A stretch of 36,894 nucleotides of DNA from Fischerella sp. (GCA_026419705.1 JANZYY010000001.1:1-36894), one strand, 5' to 3'. Positions 1 to 10,914 are shown, numbered from the stretch's first letter. The notes: generated by a model from the sequence alone, not told the origin. Made by a program: numbers and translations.

Positions 1-19
1 AGATGTGTATAAGAGACAG
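1..19 (+). other. Tn5 mosaic end / Nextera adapter (library artefact)
   Basis: Exact AGATGTGTATAAGAGACAG at positions 1-19. Confidence 0.99.
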
Positions 20-20
20 C

Positions 21-839
21 CGTTATGTTTCTGAGAAAGAACGGAGGGTGGATGAGCAGGTGCGGTATGTTGCCCAACTTTTGCAAATTGAAGCACTGTT
101 AAATCGCTTACCCAAGCAGCTATCTGGCGGACAAAGGCAACGGGTAGCATTAGGAAGGGCGATCGCGCGTAATCCGCAAGTATTTTTAATGGATGAACCA
201 CTTTCTAATTTAGACGCGAAATTGCGTGCAGAAACCCGTGCTCAGATTGTCAAACTGCAGCGCCAACTGGGGACGACGACAATTTATGTTACCCACGACC
301 AAACCGAAGCGATGACAATGGGCGATCGCATTGCCATTCTCAATCAAGGTCAACTCCAGCAAGTTGCCCACCCATTAGAACTTTACAACCGTCCCGCTAA
401 TCTGTTTGTAGCTGAATTCATTGGTTCACCGCCAATGAATTTTATCCCTGTAGAATTTCATGCGCCTCTGTTAATTACCAATGGCGATTTTCGTCTGACT
501 CTACCAGAATTTTGGGGAAATGCCTTGCAAGAATACGACGGACGCACTCTCATTTTAGGCATTCGCCCAGAACATTTGATTTTGAGTGCGCCTGCTACCA
601 AAAATCTGCCAGTCCAAGTAGAATTAGTAGAAAACCTCGGCAACGATACCTATCTGTCTACAACGCTTGTTGAGTCTGGTTCTCCAAAAGCTGCCACATT
701 GAATAATTCTTTGCAAGTGCGAGTACCGAGCGACCGCATCATCCGTATTGGCGAACAACTATGGTTATCCCTAACACCAGACAAACTTCACTTTTTTGAC
801 CCAGAAACCGAACTGGCAATACTTCCGGAGAGCCTATAG
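21..839 (+). CDS. Carbohydrate ABC transporter ATP-binding subunit (MalK/UgpC-like), 5' truncated by the fragment end
   Basis: LSGGQ signature, FLMDEPLSNLDAKLR Walker B/D-loop, YVTHDQ H-loop, C-terminal TOBE-like region (LGIRPEH, HFFD). Walker A is missing because it lies outside the window; MCIRDS is adapter-derived. Confidence 0.93.
   Translation, partial: RYVSEKERRVDEQVRYVAQLLQIEALLNRLPKQLSGGQRQRVALGRAIARNPQVFLMDEPLSNLDAKLRAETRAQIVKLQRQLGTTTIYVTHDQTEAMTMGDRIAILNQGQLQQVAHPLELYNRPANLFVAEFIGSPPMNFIPVEFHAPLLITNGDFRLTLPEFWGNALQEYDGRTLILGIRPEHLILSAPATKNLPVQVELVENLGNDTYLSTTLVESGSPKAATLNNSLQVRVPSDRIIRIGEQLWLSLTPDKLHFFDPETELAILPESL
159..166. repeat. HIP1 octamer GCGATCGC (representative of many copies across the window)
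   Basis: GCGATCGC at 159-166, 322-329, 12101-12108 and many other sites; a known cyanobacterial hallmark. Confidence 0.97.
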
Positions 840-874
840 TCTGCTTTCACTGATGGTAATCAGTGTAATCAGCG

Positions 875-1012
875 GGAAATTTATTGTATGCTCAAAACAA
901 AATCACAGAAGCGATCGCTGCGTATAAAAAAGCTCTTGAATTAGACCCCAACAATCTGATTGCTCGAAATAACTTGGAGCGGCTTCAAACAGAGTCAGCA
1001 AAAAACCCATGA
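875..1012 (+). pseudogene. Orphan single-TPR fragment (3' end of a TPR gene)
   Basis: Manual translation GNLLYAQNKITEAIAAYKKALELDPNNLIARNNLERLQTESAKNP*; in-frame TAA at 866-868 and no ATG, only a TTG at 884. Confidence 0.75.
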
Positions 1013-1051
1013 TAGTCTTCTTTTCTGATTTTATCCTCCTAGCTCCTGCCT

Positions 1052-3976
1052 TCACTCCACCGGGCGAATAATTGCTGGAGAAGTCGGTTGCTCTGGCTGG
1101 AAAATCGCAGCAAGTGCTTGTTCTAAAGTTTCTGCCATGACAATTCGGTTTTCGTAGGCAACAATTACTCTCACAAAAGTGGGCAAGCTATTCCGTTCTG
1201 CTTCCAAATACAGGGGTTCGACGTAGAGAAGAGATTGTTCGATGGGAATCACCAAAAGATTTCCTTGGATCGCTCGCGAACCTTCGCGGTTCCACAGGGA
1301 AATCTGTTGAGAAATCACCGGATCTTGGTTTATTAATGCTTCGATTTGTTGGGTACCGTAGACTAACAGTTGTTTGGGAAATTCGTATAGCAACAACCTG
1401 CCGTAGTTCTCTCCATCGGAACGTGCTGCTAACCACGCAATTAAATTAGCACGTTGTACAGGCTTAAAGGGTAGGAGTAGAATAAATTCTTCTGTTTGTG
1501 CTTTTGGCAACTTCATGATCAAGTAGTAAGGTTCTATGGGAAGTTGTTCCCTGCCATAAATTTCTGTGGGTATCTCCCATAAATCTTCACGGTTATAAAA
1601 CACCTGCGGATCAATCATGTGATATGCTAGTAAGCGTTCTGATTGAACACTGAAGAAATCCAATGGATAGCGAATGTGGCTACGTAGAGGAAGTGGCATT
1701 GCTGAGAGTGGTTTTAGCATCCTCGGAAACACTTTCTCTAAAGTTGCGATAATTGGATCGCTGGGATCGGCAACGTAAAAATCGACTGTGCCATTGTAGG
1801 CGTCGACAACAACTTTGACCGAATTACGAATATAGTTAAATGGATTCTTACCTGGGTCAGAATAAGGATAGCGATCGCTGGTGGTGTAGGCGTCAATAAT
1901 CCAGTAAAGGTAAGTTGGTTCGCCGGTGATTGTTGTCCCTCCGCCCCTTGCTGCAACTAAGTATGGGTCACTATCGAAACGTAAAAAAGGAGCGATCGCT
2001 TGTATCCGTTGGCGAATATTGCGGCGAAATAGCAACTTAGTTTGGGGAGTGAAATTGCGTGTCAGCAGCATTTGCCAATCTTTGAGATATTGGGCAAACA
2101 GCAAGCGCCGCCACATTGCACCGATGGGAATTCCACCTCGCCCATCGTAAACGTTATAGACATTCTCGTTACCACTGGGATAGTCCAATTCTTGGGTTTT
2201 TGTCCCCGTCATTACATAAGTATTGGTAATTTCCCCGTAATAAATTCGCGGTTGACCAATGGGAATGCTAGCACGGATTTCCTCTGTTGTGATTTGTAAT
2301 GAACTTGGGCTGTCTCGATCTTCAACCCCAATATCTTTGACATAGTAATAAGGTAGACCACCAGGACCGACCAAATTCACCGGACTCAGTGTAAATCCGT
2401 AACCATGAGTATAAATTAGACGTTTATTGATCCAGGTTTGTGCTTGCTGGGGGACGTCGCCATAGTCTAGTTCTCGCGCTGCGATGATAGTTTGTTGATA
2501 TTCTGTAGTTTGAGTTTTAAGATCTTGCAACAGGGTGTAGCGGTCAATGTCAGCATCGGGAAACTTGTAATAAGGTCGAATTTGTTGCAATTGGCGGTTG
2601 GTTTGTAAGAGGGGGCGAGTATCCCACAAGCGGATATTGCGAATTGTTTGGTCATTTTCCTTTAAGTCAGCTGCTGTCAGTTGACCTCGTGGATCGAATG
2701 TTTCTGCGTCGATAGCATTTAAATTAAACGCCTCACGGGTAAGAGCAATGGTGCGGGTAATATAGGGTCTTTCCCTGGCTAGTTCATTTGGTTGGACAAC
2801 TAAGCTTTGCACAATTGTCGGTAAGATTTCGCCAGAAATCCCCGCCACAACCATGTACAATATCAGCAAGTAAACCAATTGGCGTGGGAAGGGAATTGGT
2901 CTGAATTTGATTGTTTTCAGTTTAGATAAGACAAATACTCGCCATAGTAGGTAAACTGCGATCGCCACTGCTAAAAAACTCAATCCAGTATAAATTGGCA
3001 ACTGGACGTTCACCTCTGTGTAGCTAGCACCGTAATTTACTCCATGAGTGGAATACAAAAGTTTGTAGCGTAACAGCCAATAATGCAAAGCTACAGCAAG
3101 CATGAGTAGGCTTGTCAAGGCGTTTAAGTGAAGTCGTTGCGGTATAGAAAAGCCCGGAAACCATCCCTCACTTAAACTTTGAGGCGAACGCAGATAAATT
3201 AATGCTACAGAAGCAAGACTGTAAAACAAAATTCCCAATAACCAAAATTTTAATAGTTCCCAAATCGGTAAGGAAAATATATAAAAGCTAATATCTTGGT
3301 GAAACAGAGGATCTGTGCGATTAAAACTAGTGGCTTGGAAATACTCTAGAACTACTATCCAACGTGCTGACAGCAAGAAAGCCAACAGCAAGCTAATTAA
3401 CAAGGCGATCGCTCTTAACAAAAACTGATAATTAATTAAAACTGCAATCGTCAAAACTATCAGCAAACCCGACTGCACGATGGGAATGCTTATTTCCTGA
3501 GATTGCAACAATTGGGAAAGTATCTGTAACTGGGGTGGTAATTGCCAAGACGAAGTGGGAAGTTTGATATTTACAAACCAAAGGTTTAAGGCTTGCTGAC
3601 CATAATAAATCAAAATTATCCCAGCTAAAGCACTCAATCCTATTACCGCTGGGATGAGTAAGTGCAGCCTTAGGGGAGAGGGAGTGGGAGAGTGGCGAAT
3701 TGGGAATTGGAGCTTTTCGCTTGTCCCATGCCTCATCCTCTTGCCCAAGGAGGGGTGCTTGAGCCGATTAGCTATCACGAAATTGCCTAGCAAAAAGCTG
3801 ATGGAGGTGAAAAAAGCGATCGCCCACAATCCCACCTGTGTTCCTAGGCGCAGTAAGAATTCTCGTAAATATCCAACTTCATCAAACCAAAAAATTTCTG
3901 CTGCTAGGCGTGAGGCTAATTCAAGCAACAGCCACAGACCCAACAGCAGTGCAATTAATCGAAAAATTCGGTTCAT
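1052..3976 (-). CDS. UPF0182 family membrane protein
   Basis: About 975 aa with N-terminal TM helices and family motifs [48 protein letters not shown]. Start moved to ATG MNRIF; the ORF track starts at 3994. Confidence 0.95.
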   Translation of the reverse strand: MNRIFRLIALLLGLWLLLELASRLAAEIFWFDEVGYLREFLLRLGTQVGLWAIAFFTSISFLLGNFVIANRLKHPSLGKRMRHGTSEKLQFPIRHSPTPSPLRLHLLIPAVIGLSALAGIILIYYGQQALNLWFVNIKLPTSSWQLPPQLQILSQLLQSQEISIPIVQSGLLIVLTIAVLINYQFLLRAIALLISLLLAFLLSARWIVVLEYFQATSFNRTDPLFHQDISFYIFSLPIWELLKFWLLGILFYSLASVALIYLRSPQSLSEGWFPGFSIPQRLHLNALTSLLMLAVALHYWLLRYKLLYSTHGVNYGASYTEVNVQLPIYTGLSFLAVAIAVYLLWRVFVLSKLKTIKFRPIPFPRQLVYLLILYMVVAGISGEILPTIVQSLVVQPNELARERPYITRTIALTREAFNLNAIDAETFDPRGQLTAADLKENDQTIRNIRLWDTRPLLQTNRQLQQIRPYYKFPDADIDRYTLLQDLKTQTTEYQQTIIAARELDYGDVPQQAQTWINKRLIYTHGYGFTLSPVNLVGPGGLPYYYVKDIGVEDRDSPSSLQITTEEIRASIPIGQPRIYYGEITNTYVMTGTKTQELDYPSGNENVYNVYDGRGGIPIGAMWRRLLFAQYLKDWQMLLTRNFTPQTKLLFRRNIRQRIQAIAPFLRFDSDPYLVAARGGGTTITGEPTYLYWIIDAYTTSDRYPYSDPGKNPFNYIRNSVKVVVDAYNGTVDFYVADPSDPIIATLEKVFPRMLKPLSAMPLPLRSHIRYPLDFFSVQSERLLAYHMIDPQVFYNREDLWEIPTEIYGREQLPIEPYYLIMKLPKAQTEEFILLLPFKPVQRANLIAWLAARSDGENYGRLLLYEFPKQLLVYGTQQIEALINQDPVISQQISLWNREGSRAIQGNLLVIPIEQSLLYVEPLYLEAERNSLPTFVRVIVAYENRIVMAETLEQALAAIFQPEQPTSPAIIRPVE

Positions 3977-3995
3977 ATATAGAGGAACTGGCAAC

Positions 3996-4095
3996 TAGGG
4001 ATTAGGGAATAGGGAATAGGGAGTGGTCAATTGTAGTTTGAACTTTCTACTAACCACTAACTACTAACTACCAATCTCTAACCTCTAGATCCTAA
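3996..4095. repeat. STRR heptamer tracts (TAGGGAA-like and CTAACCA/CTAACTA-like)
   Basis: tagggat-tagggaa-tagggaa-tagggag and ctaacca-ctaacta-ctaacta between hemA and UPF0182. Confidence 0.85.
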
Positions 4096-4096
4096 T

Positions 4097-5383
4097 TCAG
4101 CTAAACTGTTCACCTGCATCTAGGTTAAACAACATTTGCAGGGCTTGCATGCAATGACGTCTTGCTTCTACATCTTGCTGCGCTCGTAGCTGCACCATCG
4201 GGTCATGTAAAATTTTGTTAACAATACCCCGCGTCAAAGCTTCGATCACCTCTTGATGTTTTTCAGCGAATTCCGAACCCAAACGAGATAAAGCTTTTTC
4301 TAATTCTTGTTCTCGAATGGTTTCGATTTTATTTCGCAGACAACTGATTGTGGAAACAGTTTCTAGCGATCGCCACCAAACATCAAAAGCTTCCACTTCT
4401 TCTTCTAGGAGTCCTTCCGCCTCCTGTGCCATCTTACGACGGCTTTCGTGGTTTTGCGCGACTACTGCTTTCAAATCATCCACATTAAATACCTGCACGT
4501 TGTTTAGTTCGTTAACATCTGCATGAACGTTGCGCGGCACAGAAATATCAATCAAAATCAGCGTGCGGGTGGGTTCCAAAACTATTTCTAATTTGGCACG
4601 GTCAAGAATTGGAACCGTAGCTGATGTACTGGTAAATACTAAATCGCATTCGGAAATTACAGAAGTCATTTCCGAGAGTGGATGAGTTTGGATATTTTGT
4701 CCGGGGAACTGCCTTGCTAATTCCTCTGCGCGTCCAACTGAGCGATTTAAAATACAGATTTTGACAGCACCTTTAGAAAGCAGATGTTGCACTAACAACC
4801 GCGACATTTTGCCTGCACCGAGTATTGCTACTCGGCAAGCAGCTAAATTTGCCATCTTCATCTGTGCCAATTCCACAGCAGCAGAACTGATGGAGACTGC
4901 GCCAGTACCGATGCTAGTTTCAGTACGTACTCGCTTTCCGGCCGTGATCGCTTGTTTAAATAATCGATTCAAAATTGTTTTTATACCGTTGTATTGCTGT
5001 CCCAGCTTGTGAGTATTTTTCACTTGAGCCAAGATTTGACCTTCACCGAGTACCAAGCTATCTAAGCCAGCAGCTACCCGCATCAAATGCATGACTGCAT
5101 CTTGATACAGCAACACAAACAAGTGTTGGCGTAGAGAAGCTACGGGTATTTTGCTGTGTTCTGATAGAAACTGGGTTACTTCTCGGACACCTTGCTCCGT
5201 TTCTTCAGTAACAATGTAAATTTCTAAGCGGTTACAAGTGCTGAGGATGGCAACTTCTTTCAGATGAGGATAGCTAAGCAGATGTGCGATCGCACTTTCG
5301 GTCTGTGGTTCTGGGATGCTTAGCTTTTCTCGGATTTCGACTGGGGCTGTTTTATGGCTTAACCCCACTACTGCTATATTCAT
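4097..5383 (-). CDS. hemA: Glutamyl-tRNA reductase
   Basis: [21 protein letters not shown] (catalytic Cys), [30 protein letters not shown]; alternative start at 5389. Confidence 0.98.
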   Translation of the reverse strand: MNIAVVGLSHKTAPVEIREKLSIPEPQTESAIAHLLSYPHLKEVAILSTCNRLEIYIVTEETEQGVREVTQFLSEHSKIPVASLRQHLFVLLYQDAVMHLMRVAAGLDSLVLGEGQILAQVKNTHKLGQQYNGIKTILNRLFKQAITAGKRVRTETSIGTGAVSISSAAVELAQMKMANLAACRVAILGAGKMSRLLVQHLLSKGAVKICILNRSVGRAEELARQFPGQNIQTHPLSEMTSVISECDLVFTSTSATVPILDRAKLEIVLEPTRTLILIDISVPRNVHADVNELNNVQVFNVDDLKAVVAQNHESRRKMAQEAEGLLEEEVEAFDVWWRSLETVSTISCLRNKIETIREQELEKALSRLGSEFAEKHQEVIEALTRGIVNKILHDPMVQLRAQQDVEARRHCMQALQMLFNLDAGEQFS

Positions 5384-5404
5384 ATCCATTACTTGTTATT
5401 GGCG

Positions 5405-5568
5405 ATCGGTCATTAGTCATTTGTTGTTTATCAAAAGTCATTAGCTATCTATAGTTTTATTATTTTCCTTTGCCATGATTAGTTGTGGTTAGTAGTTGGT
5501 TGCTGGTTGGCAAAACCAACAAACAACAAACAACTACCAACAAAGAACAAAGGACAAATGACTAATGA
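5405..5568. repeat. Inverted STRR heptamer tracts between glpX and hemA
   Basis: gtcatta/gttggtt-type tracts followed by the complementary caacaaa/tgactaa-type tracts; could fold into a hairpin. Confidence 0.8.
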
Positions 5569-6606
5569 CTAGTGCAGTTGCAAAACTTTGGGTTCCTCAA
5601 ACATGTGAATGGTATCAACAAATCGAGCAGTTTTCGACTGGTTGGAGATTACCAAGCTTTGAGTCCGTGCACCTCCGTGGAAGAAGCGGACGCCTTGTAT
5701 TAAGTTACCAGAGGTGATGCCGCAAGCAGCAAACAAGACTGTTTGACCGGATGCTAGTTCATGAGCATCGTAGACCTTATCAGGGTCATTAATACCCATA
5801 GACTTGAGGCGATCGATGTTGGCTTCCTTGCTTTCGCCAATCAGACCAGTCTTGACAATTGCAGGATCGTAAATCAGTTGACCTTGGAAGTGACCGCCCA
5901 AGGCTCGCATAGCCGCAGCAGAGATCACGCCTTCTGGAGCAGCACCAATTCCCATGAGACAGTGAATGTTGGTACCAGCAAAAGCACAGGACAGGGCTGC
6001 ACCAACGTCACCATCAGAAATAAGTTGGACTCTAGCTCCTGCTTCCCGGATTTCTTTGATCAGGTCGTTGTGGCGTTCACGCTTCATCACCACTACCACA
6101 AGTTCTTCGATCGATCTTTCCAAACATTCGGCTAGAATCTTCAGGTTTTCGGTCGCAGACTTGTTAATGTCCACTTTGCCCTTGGCTGCTGGGGGAGCTG
6201 CTAGTTTCTTCATGTAGAAATCGGGAGCAGCGAACAAACCGCCTTTTTCGGAAATTGCCAATACAGCCATCGAGCCAGGTTGACCATACGCCACCAGATT
6301 AGTACCTTCGCAGGGGTCAACGGCAATGTCAATTTCAATCAGTTCATCGGGGTTGCATAAATCTTTGGCATCTGGACGGCTGCAAATACCAACTTCTTCC
6401 CCAATGTAGAGCATCGGAGCTTCATCACGTTCGCCTTCGCCAATGACAATACGGCCGCGCATATAAATTTTATTCATCCGTTCCCGCATGGCTTCCACAG
6501 CCACTTGGTCAGCGATATTTTTTTCGCCCTTGCCCATCCAACGAGCGGAAGCGATCGCGGCTTGCTCAACTACCTCAATAATCTCTAACCCAAGAGTATT
6601 TTCCAC
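5569..6606 (-). CDS. glpX: Class II fructose-1,6-/sedoheptulose-1,7-bisphosphatase
   Basis: [42 protein letters not shown]; GTG start. Confidence 0.98.
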   Translation of the reverse strand: MENTLGLEIIEVVEQAAIASARWMGKGEKNIADQVAVEAMRERMNKIYMRGRIVIGEGERDEAPMLYIGEEVGICSRPDAKDLCNPDELIEIDIAVDPCEGTNLVAYGQPGSMAVLAISEKGGLFAAPDFYMKKLAAPPAAKGKVDINKSATENLKILAECLERSIEELVVVVMKRERHNDLIKEIREAGARVQLISDGDVGAALSCAFAGTNIHCLMGIGAAPEGVISAAAMRALGGHFQGQLIYDPAIVKTGLIGESKEANIDRLKSMGINDPDKVYDAHELASGQTVLFAACGITSGNLIQGVRFFHGGARTQSLVISNQSKTARFVDTIHMFEEPKVLQLH

Positions 6607-7019
6607 GGAGTCTGCCCTCTCGATAGCTTGATTTTGCGACTTTTCATCTGGTGATTTCAGTTTTACAGTCTACCAAAGGGCGGATACACGTGGGAAATAG
6701 TCCGCACTTGTGGCTTTGTTAAGTTTTTATACTTACGGGAATGAAAAGCGTCAATCAACCTTGAAATTGCCCAAGTGGGAAGTAGTAACTTTTTCAACCT
6801 CCGCAATGGTAGCTTGAGATCGTCTCGTCTACATTTTAGTCTGCAATTTCATTCTATTCCTTGCATTTAAGTGTGAATTGAAAACTCCAATCATAATTCC
6901 AGGGAAACCTCAACTCTAGATCGTAAAAGAGAGCAGACGGCATAAGTGAGAAGCTTCTTCCAAACTGGGGATAATAATTTAAGTTAGAGATAAATCACAA
7001 AATCCATAAAAACTTAAAT

Positions 7020-7334
7020 ATGCTCAACTTTCTCAATTCTCTTTTAAACCGCCATCCAGAAAACGTTAAAGCCAACGTTGAAATTTATACATGGCAAACT
7101 TGCCCTTATTGCATTCGTGCCAAAATGCTGTTGTGGTGGAAGGGGGTCAACTTCACCGAATACAAAATTGACGGTGACGAAGCAGCAAGAGCACAAATGG
7201 CAGAGCGTGCCAATGGACGTCGCACAGTACCGCAGATTTTCATTAATAATCAGCACGTCGGGGGTTGTGATGACCTGTATGAGTTAGATTCACAAGGTCA
7301 ACTAGATCCTCTTCTTGCTCAACCAGCAGTCTAG
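7020..7334 (+). CDS. grxC: Glutaredoxin 3
   Basis: CPYC active site, TVPQIF, GGCDD. Confidence 0.95.
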   Translation: MLNFLNSLLNRHPENVKANVEIYTWQTCPYCIRAKMLLWWKGVNFTEYKIDGDEAARAQMAERANGRRTVPQIFINNQHVGGCDDLYELDSQGQLDPLLAQPAV

Positions 7335-7367
7335 TACTCCACCAAACCAAAATTGCTGGGTAAGTTT

Positions 7368-7409
7368 GTTTGTAGTTAGCGCTTCAGCGCGAAAGTGCCA
7401 ACTACAAAC
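7368..7409. repeat. GTAG...CTAC palindromic small dispersed repeat inside a degenerate MITE-like shell
   Basis: tttgtagttagcgcttcagcgcgaaagtgccaactacaaac; related copies at about 10355-10390 and 36557-36613. Confidence 0.8.
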
Positions 7410-7608
7410 CCCGCAAAGTTGCTTTGGTTAACATTTCTCTTCAACAATGGCTAAATCCCCTGCGTGCATTGGCAGACTTTGAGGTGATTGTTCTCCTCTT
7501 TCTAAGGGGGTGAGGGGACCCGAGAGGACAGAAAACAGACTCTATCCCCCTTCCCAAGGTAGCGATCGCCCAACATATTTTCTACTCGTGGTGATGGTTG
7601 AGAGTAGC

Positions 7609-7638
7609 CTCGTGACCACCCTTGAATCTGGTCACGAG
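7609..7638. terminator. 10-bp perfect stem-loop downstream of the STAND-TPR gene (terminator or dispersed palindrome)
   Basis: CTCGTGACCA-N10-TGGTCACGAG between convergent genes. Confidence 0.55.
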
Positions 7639-7707
7639 AATTAATTTGCTAGTAGATTGTTCAAAACAACAAACAACAACCAACCACCAACCAGGAACAA
7701 TTAACCA

Positions 7708-10182
7708 TCAATTCAAAGCAGACTGTAACAGCTCGCGCATACATTTAATCAGCATACGCTCAGGAAATATTGTTAAAAAATCATCTAAATCATGGACAGC
7801 TTTACGGATATACTCTCGGGAAGCACCCTGAGCGATCGCATACCGATATAAACTTTCTACTGTTGGATAAAACTCAACTGCCAAATAATAAAGGGCGATG
7901 TTGAATGTATTGCGCCAGTCTTGAGTATCTTGTTCGTAACGCCTTTTCGCAATTTTAATGGCAAGAACAAAGTCTGCCCGTGCTTGCCGTGGTTGCTTCA
8001 GAGCTTGGTACGCTAAAGCACGTAAATATAAATACCAATCATCATTGGAATTTAATTCTACAGCACGGTTAATATCAGCAAAAGCTTGGTCATACTGCTT
8101 AAGCATCAGATAGGTGTAACCGCGGCTAGAAAAAATTCTATCGTTATTTGGGTTAAGTTCTAAAACATGGTTAAAGTCTATAAGGGCTTGATCGTAGCGC
8201 TCCATCAATTGGTAAATATAGCCCCGTTGCACGATCGCTCTGGGATGATTGGGGTCAAGTTGAATCAGGCGGTCAAAGCTTTTGATTGCTTTGGCATAAC
8301 ATTCCTTGTTGGTATAAATATAACCCTGAAGTTCCAGCGCTGAATTTAACGTAGGATCGAGTGTAATCGCTTGATTGAGGTTATTTAAAGCTTCATCGTA
8401 GCGCTTGCTAATGTAATAAATCATACTTCTAAAATTAATGGCTAAAGCTCGCCACTTCCGAGCCATTCTGCCCTGCTCTATCAGTGTTGTGAACATTTGA
8501 GCAGTGACTTCATACTCTTGCTTTTTCCAGGCTTTTAGCCCTTTAAGTAGCTTTTCACCCCAACGCTGAACTTCAACTGCATCAGAATCTTTTCCAGCCT
8601 GCACAATTGTTTCTGCCCAGCTTTGAGCAAACTGATCGTGCTTTTGCAGAGCCTGGATAAATTCACTCAGAGCTAAAGGCAAATACTTCTGTGGTGCTTG
8701 ACACAAGCGGTGATACAACACATTCAGCTTGTGGCTTTGCCAAATGCGATCGCACCATTTTTTCTCTTCATCCAGTTGCAAGTCATTTGCTAAGGAATCG
8801 TAATAGTCTGCCAACTTCCCTTGCAACTGCATCCAACTTTGCGCTGATGAAAGCCGCTTGTGACGTAACATCAGAGTTTTGGCGACATCATGATACACCC
8901 AGCCATTGGGATGAGCTTTCACAAACGGCATTTGTTGTAGCCAATTTAACAATTCATCCGCCTCTTCCTCTGACTGCAACTGCACCAGGACATCTCGATA
9001 TAAACACTGAGGTAGGGCAGCATTAAGTACTCCTTGTCGGCGCTGGGGATCTTTCATCCACCTTAAGAAGCGTTCTACCACCATGCCGTTAGCATCGCCA
9101 ATTTGACTATTGTCATGGGGAGTTTCCACCGCAAGAGTGGCAACAAGTAAAGGCAAGCCTTCAGAAAGGCGCAAAATCACATCAATAATTTCCTTGTTGT
9201 TAATATCTTTATAGGAGAGATATTGTCTGGCTTCCTCTTCAGTAAAAGACTTTAAAACCAGACGCACCATCGATCCCTCGTAGCATTTCCAATGGTTCTT
9301 ATCCAACTCCTGCCGACCTGCAATAATCAGTAAGATATTCGACGGTACGTCACCATAACGACCATCCAAAATATCCCTCAGCCAGGGATCTAAAAATTCC
9401 TCCGTGCGATCGTAGCTATCAAAAAACAGAGCAATATCTGATTTCTCTGCCAACTTCCACAAATCCTCTAAAAACAGTGGTGTCAAAACAGCAACAGCTT
9501 CCTGCAATAAGCGTAATTCGTCTTTACTAGCTAATTTTCTGGCCGCACAAGCAGCCCAATCTCCCTGCGTTACCTCAACATGCCGATCTGCAAATTCCAA
9601 GATCGCATCAGTAGAGAAAAACCCCTGAAGGCATTCGCAATCAGTTTCTAATTCCTGTAACCTTTGACAGTAAATTCGATAACTTTCATTAAATCTGACA
9701 AATTTGTAACTTTGTTGTTCTAACTGCTGTACCAGACGACCCATTACCTCTGGTACACTTTTTTCCAACTCGTCCGTATATGCGCTAATTAATTTTGCAT
9801 GTTCGGCGATTTGGCGAAATTGCCCTACCAAAGAACTTTTACCAACACCACCTGCGCCAGCAACATTAAAGATAAAGCGACGAAGATCGCCCTCAAGTGG
9901 TAATCCTAAATTTTGACGAAATAGCTTAATTTCTTCTTCCCTTCCGACAAAATTTAACTTTTGGTGTTGCTTAACAATCTCTTGCAACGTCCGACGCTTC
10001 TTTCGAGGATTGCCAATAGACAAAAAATCCAACTTATGCGTCCCCGTTTCTACAACCCGACTGACAAAAGCCCGATCTTTGTCCTCTAGCAACGGTAACT
10101 TTTCTTGAATAGTCGCGATCGCCTGTATCACCGCTTCCCGATCTGCTGGGGAAAAAGTTGAACTCACACAATTTTCAGTCAT
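7708..10182 (-). CDS. STAND-type P-loop ATPase (AAA_16-like) with C-terminal TPRs
   Basis: FVGREEE, Walker A GAGGVGKS, Walker B-like IALFFDSYD, IIAGR, GLPLL, YHD, then several TPRs (ITLDP, IQLDP, LELNP). Start set at ATG MTENC with GGAG upstream. Confidence 0.9.
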   Translation of the reverse strand: MTENCVSSTFSPADREAVIQAIATIQEKLPLLEDKDRAFVSRVVETGTHKLDFLSIGNPRKKRRTLQEIVKQHQKLNFVGREEEIKLFRQNLGLPLEGDLRRFIFNVAGAGGVGKSSLVGQFRQIAEHAKLISAYTDELEKSVPEVMGRLVQQLEQQSYKFVRFNESYRIYCQRLQELETDCECLQGFFSTDAILEFADRHVEVTQGDWAACAARKLASKDELRLLQEAVAVLTPLFLEDLWKLAEKSDIALFFDSYDRTEEFLDPWLRDILDGRYGDVPSNILLIIAGRQELDKNHWKCYEGSMVRLVLKSFTEEEARQYLSYKDINNKEIIDVILRLSEGLPLLVATLAVETPHDNSQIGDANGMVVERFLRWMKDPQRRQGVLNAALPQCLYRDVLVQLQSEEEADELLNWLQQMPFVKAHPNGWVYHDVAKTLMLRHKRLSSAQSWMQLQGKLADYYDSLANDLQLDEEKKWCDRIWQSHKLNVLYHRLCQAPQKYLPLALSEFIQALQKHDQFAQSWAETIVQAGKDSDAVEVQRWGEKLLKGLKAWKKQEYEVTAQMFTTLIEQGRMARKWRALAINFRSMIYYISKRYDEALNNLNQAITLDPTLNSALELQGYIYTNKECYAKAIKSFDRLIQLDPNHPRAIVQRGYIYQLMERYDQALIDFNHVLELNPNNDRIFSSRGYTYLMLKQYDQAFADINRAVELNSNDDWYLYLRALAYQALKQPRQARADFVLAIKIAKRRYEQDTQDWRNTFNIALYYLAVEFYPTVESLYRYAIAQGASREYIRKAVHDLDDFLTIFPERMLIKCMRELLQSALN

Positions 10183-10502
10183 TTTTGTTACTCCGTTGGG
10201 ACACACTTTAAATAGAGTGTTCCCAAATAGAGAAAAAGGCGATCGCTAAAGAGCGTGAATCAAATAAAATGCAAAACTTTTATCTCGTAGGGTGTGTGAC
10301 GCGAACGCTAACCCCACTGGACTGGCAAGCCTAAAATGGTGTCATAGAAAATGTTCGTAGTAAGCGCTTCAGCGCGAAACAGGCTAAAAATCTAACGCAC
10401 AAATTTAGCCTTGACGCGTCACTACATTAGAAGTGAACAAGGTAGCAGGGGTCACATCATTATCAGCAATTGGCAATAATATGAAAACTGTTTTACGATC
10501 TG

Positions 10503-10520
10503 TGTACAGAAATATGTACA
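10503..10520 (+). promoter_or_regulatory. Putative YefM-YoeB autorepression operator
   Basis: Two TGTACA palindromes at 10503-10508 and 10515-10520, 12 bp centre to centre, 7 bp before the antitoxin ATG. Confidence 0.8.
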
Positions 10521-10527
10521 TAAACTG

Positions 10528-10798
10528 ATGCTTTCTTACAAAATCACATCCCCAACCGATGCGAGAAATGACTTTTTTAAGTTGTTAGACCTGGTAGTAG
10601 AAAATCATCAGGTGTATATCATCAACCGTCGCGATGGTGAGTTTGCTGGAAACGGTTTATCTTTTGCATTCCCCTGCTAATGCACGTCGGTTACTGGAGA
10701 CAATAGAAGAGTCGAAAACAGGAAAGATTCAACCTCAAAGTATTGCAGAACTTCAGCAGGAGTTGGGGATTGAGCAAGAAGAAGAAAAAGAAATCTGA
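10528..10798 (+). pseudogene. yefM: Phd/YefM-family antitoxin, frameshifted by an internal deletion
   Basis: MLSYKITSPTDARNDFFKLLDLVVENHQVYIINRRDGE, then a frame switch near 10641 to LLETVYLLHSPANARRLLETIEESKTGK...EKEI*. Confidence 0.88.
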
Positions 10799-10913
10799 AG
10801 TTGATGAAGTTCAACCAGTTGTAGTTAATCGTAGTCCTGGTTTTAGTTCTTAATTCAAAGAAGATTTAGCTTGGTGGTGCAAGCAATATTTTCGCAAAGC
10901 GTCGAAAATCTTG
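10770..10913 (+). pseudogene. yoeB: Txe/YoeB-family toxin 5' fragment with premature stop
   Basis: TTG start overlaps the antitoxin end: SKKKKKKSEVDEVQPVVVNRSPGFSS*FKEDLAWWCKQYFRKASKIL. TAA at 10851-10853; no GIGKPEPL or WSRRI segment follows. Confidence 0.8.
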
Positions 10914-10914
10914 A

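Noticed and set aside
3-20. MCIRDS N-terminus of the first ORF
   Set aside because: It is the translation of the adapter sequence.
458-7287. Short ORFs overlapping the ABC ATPase, UPF0182, hemA, glpX and grxC genes
   Set aside because: Antisense or alternate-frame shadows of well-supported genes, with no motifs.
7622-7831. 69-aa + strand ORF
   Set aside because: Made of STRR sequence and antisense overlap with the STAND-TPR 3' end.
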